Assembly (NCBI GenBank): GCA_963716745.1
Contig: OY970320.1
Span: forward strand, 1,024,001-1,088,000
DNA length: 64,000 nt
Direction of reading: 5' to 3'
Source of the DNA: an uncultured Gemmatimonadaceae bacterium
Lineage (GTDB): Bacteria > Gemmatimonadota > Gemmatimonadetes > Gemmatimonadales > Gemmatimonadaceae
In this document: one piece after another, positions 41,901-51,191 of the stretch
Layout: the number at the start of each line of letters is the position of its first letter
Position numbering within the stretch: the first letter of the stretch is position 1
Notes under the pieces: generated by a model
The model's input: the letters and a program-made list of their open reading frames with translations, nothing else
What the model was told of the DNA's origin: nothing
The model's database searches: none
Translations under genes and position numbers: made by a program

Positions 41901-42202
41901 TCGCTCACCGCCACCGCACCGATCGTGCCGCCGAAGTAGGCGTCGCTCGTGGGACGCCAGGTGAGTCCGCCATCGCTGGTCTTGAACAGGCCGCCGCCGG
42001 TGGTGCCCATGTAGTACTCGTTGGGCCGGGCGACGGAGCCCGTGACCGCGACGGACCGTCCGCCGCGATACGGCCCGATCTCGCGCCAGGAGAGCGCATT
42101 GAAGGCAGACGTGTCGATGGCCGCCGGCGACTGTGCGGCGAGCGGCGCGACCATGAGCGACAGCGCGACGGTGAACGACGCGCGGCGAAGGATGCTGGAC
42201 AT
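38957..42202 (-). CDS. Secreted VPS10/BNR (Asp-box) repeat glycosyl hydrolase-like protein
   Basis: WREIGPYRGGRS, many S.DGG.TW Asp boxes, ATHGRSFWIMDD. Confidence 0.92.
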   Translation of the reverse strand: MSSILRRASFTVALSLMVAPLAAQSPAAIDTSAFNALSWREIGPYRGGRSVAVTGSVARPNEYYMGTTGGGLFKTSDGGLTWRPTSDAYFGGTIGAVAVSETNPDVVYVGTGEYPIRGNVSHGDGMYRSSDGGRTWTYLGLAETRQISRVRIHPKDPDVVYVGAQGHTYGPNPERGVYRTSDGGKTWKKILFRNDSTGVTDLAMDPADPKVLYAAFWQAGRKPWLLSSGGAGSGIFKTTDGGDNWKEITRNPGMPKGVIGNIGITISPAMPARVWAIIENDSGGVYRSDDAGATWTRMNWERKLRQRAWYYSRIFADPKDSLTVYVLNTSIWRSRDGGRTFSRVRDPHGDNHDLWIASDNPQRMINSNDGGANVSINAGQSWTAQSFATAQFYHVSTTTDFPYWVCGAQQDNTSLCGPSANAGGIHYGDWKNGGGCESGYVVSRPDQPNIVFAGCYGGFISRVDLLTGFEKDVSPWPVNPLGHPSSDIQYRMQWTTPIAISPHDPNVLYVGANVLFRSTDQGMSWKAISPDLTRHDPATLGPSGGPITKDQTGVETYGTIFTIAESPKEKGTIWTGSDDGFIQITRDNGGKWTNVTPKDLGDFTRVSMIEPSPHDAGTAYVAANRYQLDDMRPYIFMTTDYGKSWKRIDAGITTDEFVRVVREDPVRKGMLYAGTERGVWISFDDGGHWQRLQRNLPPVPVHDLVVKDNDLVAATHGRSFWIMDDVATLRALAPDAIAGASHLFAPAVVIRADFGGSGPELGIPGGQNPPFGAIIDYWVKSADQKVTLEFFDAKGTLIKTFTSAADTFAFTDSTRYRGKLDSLRNLGVLAAAVDTNVIRHVQPEAEEAPAHPFPPERAPNKKGMNRFVWDLQYPDAAWFSRMVLWTGFLQGPVAVPGTYTVKLTVDGGTAESQTFVVKNDPRSKASQADLEEQFKLQIQIRDAVSAANNGVRTSRNVKAQMAAAIARTNDNALKQRAATLTAKLNAVESELYSVQNRAGQDMLNYPIKLNDELGSLYNTVSSADGKPTAQSYEVFKDLNAQLQKQLAALNQALGADLKSVNDELARLKQPAIVSATADLAP

Positions 42203-42286
42203 AGGATGCTCGAGGAAATGGGGAATGTGCGCTGCGTAGAACTTCAGCGAATGCGCCGCCGGTCGCGAGCGTCGCGCGAGTGGGTG

Positions 42287-42717
42287 GTCGCGCCGCCGGT
42301 CGCGGCGCCGCCCCGGCACCCGGCGCCCTCGCGCTTACACGCTTCGAGCCTCGCGCAAACGGCGCGCGAGTCTCTCGCTACGCGCGGGGGCGCCTCTGCC
42401 GGGACGGCACCGCTCCCTGACGTCGATCGGCGCGCGCGCGGGCCGTCTCGGTTCGCGATCGATGCGCACGATCCTTCACCGAGCAAGCCCTAAGCGAGGC
42501 GCCAGAGGGCCGCGCGACACGGAGTCGCGCAGCGGGAACGCGGCGCGGTGGAAGTATGTTCGAGCGCGCCACGATCGATGTCAGGGAGCGGTGCCGTCCC
42601 GGCAGAGGCGCCCCGCGCGTAGCGAGAGACTCGCGGCGTCGTTCAGCCGCGAGGCTCGAAGCGTGTAAGCGCGAAGGCGCCGGCGCCGGGATGGCGCCGC
42701 GACCGAAGGCGCGATGA
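42287..42717. mobile_element. MITE-like element family D, copy 2 (~140-bp inverted arms)
   Basis: Left arm near-identical to 38580-38720; right arm 42575-42717 is its reverse complement; internal ~145 bp is unrelated to copy 1. Confidence 0.75.
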
Positions 42718-42779
42718 CCCACTCGCTACTCCCGCGCCGAGCGGCCATACTATGCCAACCTCGAGCGCGGAGCGGCACG

Positions 42780-43295
42780 ATGGCCGAAGAGAAAAAGTCG
42801 TTGAAGCAGAAAGCCGAGAACGAGCTTCGCGAACTCGGCATCGTGTGCGGCTATCTCTTCCTCGTGTTCCTCTCCGCCGCGCTGCAGCGGTCCGTCATTC
42901 TCGATCAGCAGGGCATTGCGATCAACGAGTACGGATTCGCGCTCATCAACGCGCTCGCGATCGGCAAGGTGATGCTCATCGCGAAGCAGCTCCACTTCGC
43001 GCAGCGGCCCGGCCAGCCGCTCTACGTCTCGGTGATCTTGCAGTCGGCGGCGTTCGCGGTGCTGCTCTTGATCTGCAAAGTGATCGAGGACGTGGGCTTC
43101 GACATGTACAAGGGAAAAACGCTCGCCGAATCGCTGCCGCACCCGGGCGGGCGGCCGCTCATCGAGTTGGGCGCTCTGACCATCGCGTTCTTCCTCTCGC
43201 TCCTGCCCTTCTTCGCCTTCAGCGAACTCAGCGGCTCGCTCGGCGAGGGCGCACTCACGGCGCTCTTCCTCAAGCCGAAGACGAAGAAGGCCTGA
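42780..43295 (+). CDS. Hypothetical 4-TM membrane protein
   Basis: Hydrophobic segments; GFALINALAIGKVMLI, LLPFFAFSEL. Confidence 0.75.
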   Translation: MAEEKKSLKQKAENELRELGIVCGYLFLVFLSAALQRSVILDQQGIAINEYGFALINALAIGKVMLIAKQLHFAQRPGQPLYVSVILQSAAFAVLLLICKVIEDVGFDMYKGKTLAESLPHPGGRPLIELGALTIAFFLSLLPFFAFSELSGSLGEGALTALFLKPKTKKA

Positions 43296-43301
43296 TCGCG
43301 C

Positions 43302-44471
43302 TCAGAGGTAGCTGAGCCACACGCTCCGGTGCGCGGCCTTGTAGCGGGCGTACCACGCGCACGCGGGATACAGCAGCGCGATCGCGATCGCCCACACGAG
43401 ATAGAGCAGCGGCAAGCTCCACGTGTACCCTTCGGGCGGCGGCGGATTCGACATCGGATGGTTCGCGAACAACCACGGGTTCACCGCGCCCTCGCGGATC
43501 GCCGAGACCACGAGCGCCAGTGCGTGGATGAGTGGGATGTGCAGGAGATAGAAGAACAGCGGCACGCGGCCGAACACGTCCAGTGCGTTCCCGACGGCGC
43601 CACGCGCGCGCTCGAGCAACGGCAGCGCCGCGATGATCGGGCCCAGCGTCATCAGCAAGAAAAGTAGCGACGCCGGATATTTGTTCGTGTTCAGGAATCG
43701 CAGCGCCGCGGGCGGCGCCGTGGGCGACTGCGGGTGCATCCAGTGCCGCGGGTCGCCGTACAGATCGGGCGCGCGCAGCACGAGAAAGAGCACGATCGCG
43801 CCGAGTCCGATCTGGTAGCACAACCGGTCACGCCGCGCCGGCTCCATGCGCATCACCGCACCGAACGCGTATCCCGCCGCCATCACGCCGATCCATGGCA
43901 CGAGCGAGTAGAGCACGACCACGGGCGTGCCCTCGATGCCGCCGCCGAGATACATGAACTGCCAGAGCGGGGCGAGCGGATTCTTGTCGAGCGTCTGCCA
44001 GAGCTGCGGGACGACCGGGTCGAGCAGATTGTGCGCCGCGATCATGATCACGCCGATGGCGGCGACGGCGCGCAGCGGCAGCCACACCAGCGCCGCGAGC
44101 ACGATCATGCAGCAGCCGAGCATCCAGATGACGCCCGCGAGCATGTAGTGCGACCAGTCGAAATTGAACGTCCATGCGAGGCGCAACACCGTCGCCTCGA
44201 GCACGATGAGCCACAATCCGCGCGCCGCGAGGAACTTCGACAACGCACGCGCCCCGCCGTGCGACATGCCGTAGAGGAACGCGCCCGTGCCCGCGAGGAA
44301 CACGAATCCGGGCGCCGAGAAGTTGGTGACCCATCGCGTGAAGAACACGCCCGGCGTCGGCCCGCCCGCCGGCACACCGGAGTACACGCGCACATGGTCG
44401 ATCGCCATGAGGACCATGATGATGCCGCGTGCGATATCGATCGACCTTATGCGCCCGGACGGTTCTGGCAT
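43302..44471 (-). CDS. DUF1624/HGSNAT-catalytic-like membrane acyltransferase
   Basis: RIRSIDIARGIIMVLMAIDH, APGFVFLAG, KYPASL, GRVPLFFYLLH. Confidence 0.88.
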   Translation of the reverse strand: MPEPSGRIRSIDIARGIIMVLMAIDHVRVYSGVPAGGPTPGVFFTRWVTNFSAPGFVFLAGTGAFLYGMSHGGARALSKFLAARGLWLIVLEATVLRLAWTFNFDWSHYMLAGVIWMLGCCMIVLAALVWLPLRAVAAIGVIMIAAHNLLDPVVPQLWQTLDKNPLAPLWQFMYLGGGIEGTPVVVLYSLVPWIGVMAAGYAFGAVMRMEPARRDRLCYQIGLGAIVLFLVLRAPDLYGDPRHWMHPQSPTAPPAALRFLNTNKYPASLLFLLMTLGPIIAALPLLERARGAVGNALDVFGRVPLFFYLLHIPLIHALALVVSAIREGAVNPWLFANHPMSNPPPPEGYTWSLPLLYLVWAIAIALLYPACAWYARYKAAHRSVWLSYL

Positions 44472-44504
44472 GGGGCGATCTTACTTCGCACTTGTCGGAA
44501 TTTC

Positions 44505-44591
44505 AACTGCAGACCTAGACGCTAGACCTAGACGCTAGAATGCGTCCGTAGCTGCTTTCTAGCGTCTAGGTCAGCGTCTAGGTCTGCAGTT
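44505..44591. repeat. Palindrome of 13-bp AGACCTAGACGCT units
   Basis: aactgcagacctagacgctagacctagacgctag...ctagcgtctaggtcagcgtctaggtctgcagtt. Confidence 0.85.
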
Positions 44592-46485
44592 ATTTCTTTG
44601 TGCTCTTCGTCGCCCGCACAGTGCCGGTCGCAGACACACCGCTCCCCTTCACCACCGCCGTGATCGTCTGGTCGCCGGCATTCGCGCCGAGGGTCCAGTG
44701 CGTGACGGCCTGGCCCTTCGCGTCGGTCATCACGCGACTCGGATTCGGCGCTCCGGCAACGGCCGTGAATACCACCTGCACGTCGGGCACCACGTTCCCG
44801 TACGCATCCGTCACAGTGGCGACGACCGGCTTCGCCAGTGCATGCGCGGCCGCTGCGCTCGATGGCAGCGCGCTGAGTTCGATGTTCGCTGCAGCGAGCG
44901 GCACCGCCTTCGCATGGATCGCGACCGGCGAGCCGGCACCCGCGGCAAGCTCGAGCGTCTGGTCGCCCGACTTCGTGCCCAGCGTCCACTTGATCTGCGC
45001 GCGACCGTGTTCGTCGGCCACCGGCATCGTGTCCGCCACACTTCCCGCACGCACGGTCACGTGGATCGCGGCACCCGGCACCGGATTCCCGTTGCGATCC
45101 TTGAGCATCGCGATGATCGGCTTCGCGAGCGCCGCGCCGACTCTTCCCTCCTGACCGCCCCCGCTCACGACGCTCGCGCCGGCGGGAAGCTCCGCCAGCG
45201 CCGTCACCGTGAGCGTGAACGCGGGCATCGCGCGCGCGTTCCCCACCTGCACGCGCACATGTTGCGTGCCCGCGTGCGGTCCGAGCGTCCAACGCGCCCA
45301 TGCCTCGCCCACGGAATCGGTGCGCGTACTGAGCGCCTCGATGCTGCCGCCGTCCAGCGCGGTGAACGACACGGGCACATCGGCCTGTGCGGCGCCGGCG
45401 GAATCGGTCACGCGCACGCCCACGGATTCGCCGAGCACCGCGCCCGTGCGGCCGGCCGGAATGTCCCGCGCCGCTTTGATGCGCGTGTTCGCGCGCACCG
45501 GATCCGACTCCGCGATCACGGTCACCGCGCTGTCCACGCCTGCCGCGGCGATCACGAGCCGCTGACGTCCCGCGTGCGCGCCCAACGTCCACGTCGTGTG
45601 CGCTCGGCCGTTTCGATCGGTCACGCTCTTCGACGGATCGGCGCTCCCTTCGTCGCCCTCGGTGGTGAACGTCACCGCGACGTCGGCCATCGGACGGCCG
45701 CCGCGCGAGTTCACCTGGAGCTGCACCGGCTGCGCGAGGTGGCGGCCGGCGGGCGCGCGCTGCCCCGCCCCGGATACCAACGCAGCCGATGTGGGGGTGA
45801 GCGTCACGTCGGCGATAATGGTGGAGGTGTAGCCATCCACCTGCGCGGTGAGCGTCGCGTGGCCGGGCCCCACGGCCTGGGCGACGCCCGCGGCGTTGAT
45901 CGATACGACGGCCGTGTCGCCCGTGGTCCACTTGAGCGTCCGCGCCGGTACGAATCGCCCGCGCGCATCGAGCGGCCGCGCGACGAGCGTGACCGACGTG
46001 CCCTCGGGGATCCGCAGCAGCGTATCGTGCGCGATCGCGACGGCGCGCACCAGTTGATAGACGGTGATGCGCGACGTCGCGAAATGTTCGCGCACCGCCG
46101 CGCCGATGTTCACCGCGCCGACGCCGCGCGCGACCACGGCGCCGGACGAGTCCACGCGCGCGATGAGCGTGTCGTCGCTGGTCCACAGGATGCCGGCGCC
46201 CGAGATCGTCGCGCCATGCTGGTCGGTGACGGTCGCGACAAGATGGACGGTATCGCCCAGGGCGTGCAGCGTGTCCGCCGCCGGCGAGAGCGTAATGCGC
46301 CGCGCCGCGAGGTCGGCGAAGTTCATGCCGCCCGTATTGAGCCACGGCGTGAGCCCCAGGTTCCGCGCGTTCACGATCAGCCCGATGATCGCCGCGAGCG
46401 CTGCGATCGAGGAGATGGTCCACCGGCCGGCCGTGGTGAGCCGCCTGACATGCGTTGGAGTGGGCTTGGGCTCGCGCGCGGGCAT
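44590..46485 (-). CDS. Membrane-anchored bacterial Ig-like repeat protein (Big_2/Big_1)
   Basis: N-terminal TM; WTSDDTLIARVDSSGAV (Big_2); repeated TD..G.A...WTLG...G.Q (Big_1). Confidence 0.85.
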   Translation of the reverse strand: MPAREPKPTPTHVRRLTTAGRWTISSIAALAAIIGLIVNARNLGLTPWLNTGGMNFADLAARRITLSPAADTLHALGDTVHLVATVTDQHGATISGAGILWTSDDTLIARVDSSGAVVARGVGAVNIGAAVREHFATSRITVYQLVRAVAIAHDTLLRIPEGTSVTLVARPLDARGRFVPARTLKWTTGDTAVVSINAAGVAQAVGPGHATLTAQVDGYTSTIIADVTLTPTSAALVSGAGQRAPAGRHLAQPVQLQVNSRGGRPMADVAVTFTTEGDEGSADPSKSVTDRNGRAHTTWTLGAHAGRQRLVIAAAGVDSAVTVIAESDPVRANTRIKAARDIPAGRTGAVLGESVGVRVTDSAGAAQADVPVSFTALDGGSIEALSTRTDSVGEAWARWTLGPHAGTQHVRVQVGNARAMPAFTLTVTALAELPAGASVVSGGGQEGRVGAALAKPIIAMLKDRNGNPVPGAAIHVTVRAGSVADTMPVADEHGRAQIKWTLGTKSGDQTLELAAGAGSPVAIHAKAVPLAAANIELSALPSSAAAAHALAKPVVATVTDAYGNVVPDVQVVFTAVAGAPNPSRVMTDAKGQAVTHWTLGANAGDQTITAVVKGSGVSATGTVRATKSTKK

Positions 46486-46564
46486 CGCTGTTAGACTCTT
46501 GGCGAAGGGGACGGGCAACGCGCGAATGATGGCCGCAAACTCCCGGCGGAGCCATACTTACGTC

Positions 46565-49500
46565 GTGACCAAGTCGCGATGGCTCAAGTGGGGCGTCGGG
46601 ATCGCCCTCACACCCTTCGTGTTGCTGCTCCTCGTGCAGCTCACAGCGCCGCTGTGGCTCGACGCGGCGGCAGTGAAAGCCGAGGTCGCGAAACTCGTAG
46701 CCAAGGCCACGGGTGGACGCGCGCAATATGGCGGGCTCTCGCTGCGCTTCTTCCCCGTCCGCGCGTCGTGCTCACCGAGGTGAGCTTCGACCTCCCCGGC
46801 ACGGTGAACGTCCAGGCGCACACGGTCCTCGTCGACGTCAGGCTCCTGCCGCTCTTCCGCGGGAGCGTCGAGCCGAGGCGCCTTCGTCTTGTCGCGCCGC
46901 GCATCGCCCTCACGATACCGAAGTCCGCACCGGACACGACCCCCGCGAGCGCAAAGCCCTTCTCGCTCGCCAGCGCCGACTCTCAGCTGCACGGCGTGCT
47001 CGCGATGATCGAATCGCGCGCGCCGGGTCTCGAGGCCGACGTGGACGGCGGGCATCTCGAGCTGGACTTGCCTTCTCAGCCGCCGCTGATCCTCCAGAAC
47101 GTGGACCTCACGGTGGATGTGGAGACGGACGCGATCCAGCTCTTCGACCGGCGTGACCACACCGTGGGTGAGGCGCGTGGCCGTTCGCGCGCGCATGCAT
47201 CCATCCGATCTCGCGGGCACGGCCAATCTCGCGATCGATCAGCTCAATGCCGCCGCGCTCGGCGGCGCGCTGGGGAACTCGAGCGATTGGCCGGTCGGCA
47301 TAGGGGTCGTCTCCGTAGAGATCGATGCGCAACTGAGAGGCCTGAGCGACGCGCAGGCGACGGTGCGGACGAGCGCGCCGAGCGTGGCGCTGCGGTTCGG
47401 CAAGGTGCGTCTCGATCTGGCGGGCGTTGGGATTGATGTCGCCGGCGAGACGCACGCCGGCGCCGCGACGATCATGCTGAAGCGGTTCGCCCTCGATTCG
47501 CCGCGCATTGGCGCGAGCGGTACGCTCACGCGCAGCAGTGCCGGCGCGCTCGCGCTCTCTGCGCAACTCGCCGATCTCGATCTCACCGTCGCGCAGTCGC
47601 TGCTCGCGAGTCTTGCGCCGGCCGTGCCAGCGCTGGCGTCGCTGCCCGTGCACGTGACGCGCGGATCGCTGGTGCACGCGACGCTCACGAGCCGCGCGGC
47701 GACGATGGGCGACCTGTTCGCACTGCCGGCGATGATCATCTCGGGCTCCCTCGAGAACACCGACGCCACGCTCACGGTGTTCCAGGATCTGCCCATCACG
47801 GCTGCGAGCGCGAACGTTGCGCTCACCGGCGGACGACTGCACGCGGATGCGCTGCAAGCGCGCGTGGGCGCGACCGCCGCGAGCGATGGCACATTCGATC
47901 TCGATCTGAATCCCGCCGTGCCGCCGCTGCGCGCGAGCGTCACCGTCGCGGCCGACTTGGCGCAGGGGTTCGCGATCGCCGGCCGCGTGTTGGGCAAGGA
48001 CAGCGCCACCACACTCGGCGCGATCACCGGGCTGCGCGGAAGTGTGCTCGCGCGCGTCACGATCGGCGGCGACGTGAACACCGTCGTGCCGCGCGTCGAT
48101 TTCTCGGCGCTCACTGCATCGGCGCGCTACGCGGCGGTCCCGTTCGCGATCCACATTGCCGACGGCGGCGGGAGTTACACGACGTCCGCGCTGGCGATCC
48201 GCGGCCTGCGCGGCACGATCGGACACTCGACGTTCGACAGCATCGATGCGGGTCTGTCGCTCACCGGCCCGATGGTGGTGAACGCCAGCCGCGGCGCGGT
48301 GCATCTCGCGCTCGCGGAATTGTTCACGTGGGCCGCAGCGCAGCCCAAGCTCGCGAAGCCGCTCGACGGTGTGAAGTCGGTGTCCGGCGGACTCTCGATC
48401 TCGGTCGCCGCATTGTCACTGCCGGTGAAGACGCTGGACGCGCTCACCTTCCGCGCGTCGGCCGTGCCCGAGCACATCGCCGTGGACGCGCCGAAGTATG
48501 GTCCGCCAGCCACCGTTAACGGCGGAGTGATTCACGTGACGCAGGCTCGCGTGAATGCCACCAGCGTGGCGGTGAATGCGCTGGATGCCCGGCTCCTGGT
48601 ATCCGGCGGCACCGAGAACTTCCGCGACACCACGAGCGAGTTGCTCGTGTTCGCGAAGGGGAACGTGGGGCTCGATGCGTTGGCGTGGGTGTTCGAGAAA
48701 GCGAAGCTGCCGCCGGCGCTCAAGCTGCGCGGCGGGCTGCGCATCGTCGATGCGAGCGTGAGTCTTCGGACGAGTGAGGGGATCGGCGCGAGCGGGACCG
48801 TCACCGTGGAAGGCGGGCCCGAGATCGGCTTCGACCTCCACAGCGCCACCGACAAGTTGCGGATCGACCGCTTCACGCTGCGCGACGACGCGTCGAACGT
48901 GACCATAGGCGTGACGGTCGAGGGCCCGCGCATCAATGCCGTGTGGAAGGGACGCCTCGCCGGTTCGAGCCTCGAGCACATCTTTACAGAGCCGCCGCTC
49001 ACGCTGGACTTCGTGGACGGCGATCTGCGCATCGAAGGCGATCTCAAGGCGCCGAAGAAGTCGCGCGCCACCGGCACGTTCACCGGCGCGGCGATCCACC
49101 TGCCACCGGCGATCAAGATCCCGCTGGTGATCGACCGTCTCTCGATCGAGGCGAAAGACACTTCGCTGTTGCTGCGAACGGCCGAGTTCTCGAGCGGCGG
49201 GAGCCGGGGCTCGATCACCGGATCCGTCGCGTTCCGCGCCGACAAATTCATCGTGAACGCCGCGGTGCATGGCGACACGGTGATCATTCCGGTCACCGTC
49301 CATCACGCGGACAGCACAGCCCCGGTGCCCGCGCAGAAGGCGCCGCCCGCTCAGACCAACGCGGAGAAGGAGACCAAGTTCATCAAGGCGCTGCATGAGA
49401 TCCCGGCGGAGGGCAGCGTGCGCGTGGACATCGGTGTCTTGCGCGTGGGCGCGATGGAATTCGCGCCGCTGCAGGCGAGCGCTACGATCGAGGGCGCCCG

Positions 49501-50248
49501 CATCGATCTCGCGCTCACGCACGCGGCGCTGTGCGGGATCGCGATGTCGGGCGGGCTGGTGCTCGAGCACGATACCTTGGACATCCACGCGTCCCTCGCG
49601 GCGCACGCGGCGCCGCTCGCGGGCGCGGTGAAGTGCCTCAGCAACCAGCACGTCGATATCAGCGGCAAGGTGACCGTCGCGGGCAGCATCGCGTCGCGCG
49701 CCGTTCCAGGCCGCGTCGTGGATAATCTGCGCGGGACATTCAAGCTGACCGCCACCGACGGTCGCATCAGCAAGTTCGACGAACTCGCGCGGGTGTTGAA
49801 AGTCGTGAACGTGACGCAGGTGCTCGTGGGCCAGGGCGCCGATTTCAAGGAAGGAGGCATGGCGTACAAGACCGTGGCCTTCGATCTGGCGATCACCGGT
49901 CCGCTCATCGACGTCAAGTCGTTCTCGCTCGACGCGTCCGGATTGGATGCGGGGGCGCATGGCACGGTCGACTTCGACACGCGCGCCCTCGACATCGACG
50001 TGCTGGTCGCGCCGGTGAAGACGCTGAACTGGGTGATCAGCCATACGCCGATCGTGCGGAGCATCTTCGGCGGCACGATCCTCGCCCTGCCGGTGCACGT
50101 GGGCGGGACGATCGATCACCCGACGGTGGTCCCACTCGGCCCTTCAGCGGTGAGCAGCCGCCTGTTCGACATCCTGGGGAACACGGTGAAGCTGCCCGCG
50201 ACCATGATCAAGACCACGTCGAGCGACAGCACCAAGAAGGAGCCGTGA
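46565..50248 (+). CDS. AsmA-like (bridge-like lipid transfer) protein, two frameshifts
   Basis: N-terminal TM, long beta-rich body, AsmA-like C-terminal G.VDF...LDIDV...VHVGGTIDHP. Confidence 0.8.
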
Positions 50249-50278
50249 GGCGTGAGTAACGAGTCGTGCGTCATGTGC

Positions 50279-50321
50279 TTGACAATGCCGGTTGCTTGTT
50301 GTATTTAACCATCTAGTTAAA
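50279..50321 (+). promoter_or_regulatory. Promoter (TTGACA) and ArsR operator palindrome
   Basis: TTGACA at 50279; TTTAAC-catcta-GTTAAA at 50304-50321, just upstream of arsR. Confidence 0.65.
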
Positions 50322-50334
50322 CACAGGCTCCGCG

Positions 50335-50700
50335 ATGCTCTCAGCCGGCGATCAACTCTCGACCACCCTCAGTGCCCTCGCCGATCCCACGCGGCGCGCG
50401 ATCCTCGCGCGCCTCGCGACTGGCGAGGCGACGGTGAACGAACTCGCCCGGCCGCTGCCCATCAGCCTGCCCGCCGTCTCTCGGCACCTCAAGGTGCTCG
50501 AGCGCGCCGGCCTCATCTCCCGCGGCCGCGATGCCCAGTGGCGGCCGTGTCAACTCGAGGCCGAACCGCTGCGCGAGGTCTCACACTATCTGGATCGCTA
50601 TCGCCGGTTCTGGGAGGAGCGCTTCGACCGACTCGAGATCTACCTCAAGGAACTCCAAGCGAAGGAGAAGCCCCATGTCCGGAAAAGAAAGCGCCGCTAA
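50335..50700 (+). CDS. ArsR/SmtB family regulator
   Basis: ALADPTRRAIL...SLPAVSRHLKVLERAGLI. Confidence 0.93.
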   Translation: MLSAGDQLSTTLSALADPTRRAILARLATGEATVNELARPLPISLPAVSRHLKVLERAGLISRGRDAQWRPCQLEAEPLREVSHYLDRYRRFWEERFDRLEIYLKELQAKEKPHVRKRKRR

Positions 50701-51139
50701 CCGCGAGATCGTCACCACGCGGCTCCTCAAGGCGCCACGCGAGCTCGTGTTCGCCGCGCTCACCGATCCCGCGCACATCGGCGAATGGTGGGGGCCCAAC
50801 GGCTTCCGCACCACGGTGCGCGATATGGATGTTCGCCCCGGCGGAGCGTGGCACTTCATGATGCACGGCCCCGACGGCACGGACTACCCCAACGTCTGCA
50901 CCTATATCGAGGTCGTGACGAACGAACGCCTCGTGTTCGATCACTCCACCGGCGAGCCGAACGATCCGCAGCGCTTTCGCAGCGAGATCATACTGGAAGA
51001 CCGTGGCGGCGACACGCTGATCACACTGCGCGCCGTCTTCCTCACGGTCGCGGCCCGCGACTACGTCCTCCGGGAACACCACGCGGCCGAAGGCGGTAAA
51101 CAGACGCTGGCGCGTCTTGCCAAGTACCTCTCGGCTTAG
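50675..51139 (+). CDS. SRPBCC/AHSA1 domain protein
   Basis: REIVTTRLLKAPRELVF...WWGPNGF...DVRPGG...GPDG. Confidence 0.92.
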   Translation: MSGKESAANREIVTTRLLKAPRELVFAALTDPAHIGEWWGPNGFRTTVRDMDVRPGGAWHFMMHGPDGTDYPNVCTYIEVVTNERLVFDHSTGEPNDPQRFRSEIILEDRGGDTLITLRAVFLTVAARDYVLREHHAAEGGKQTLARLAKYLSA

Positions 51140-51191
51140 CGATGTTCTCCCTTGGGCCTCACCACCGCTCACCTCTTGCCCGCGGCCTCCT

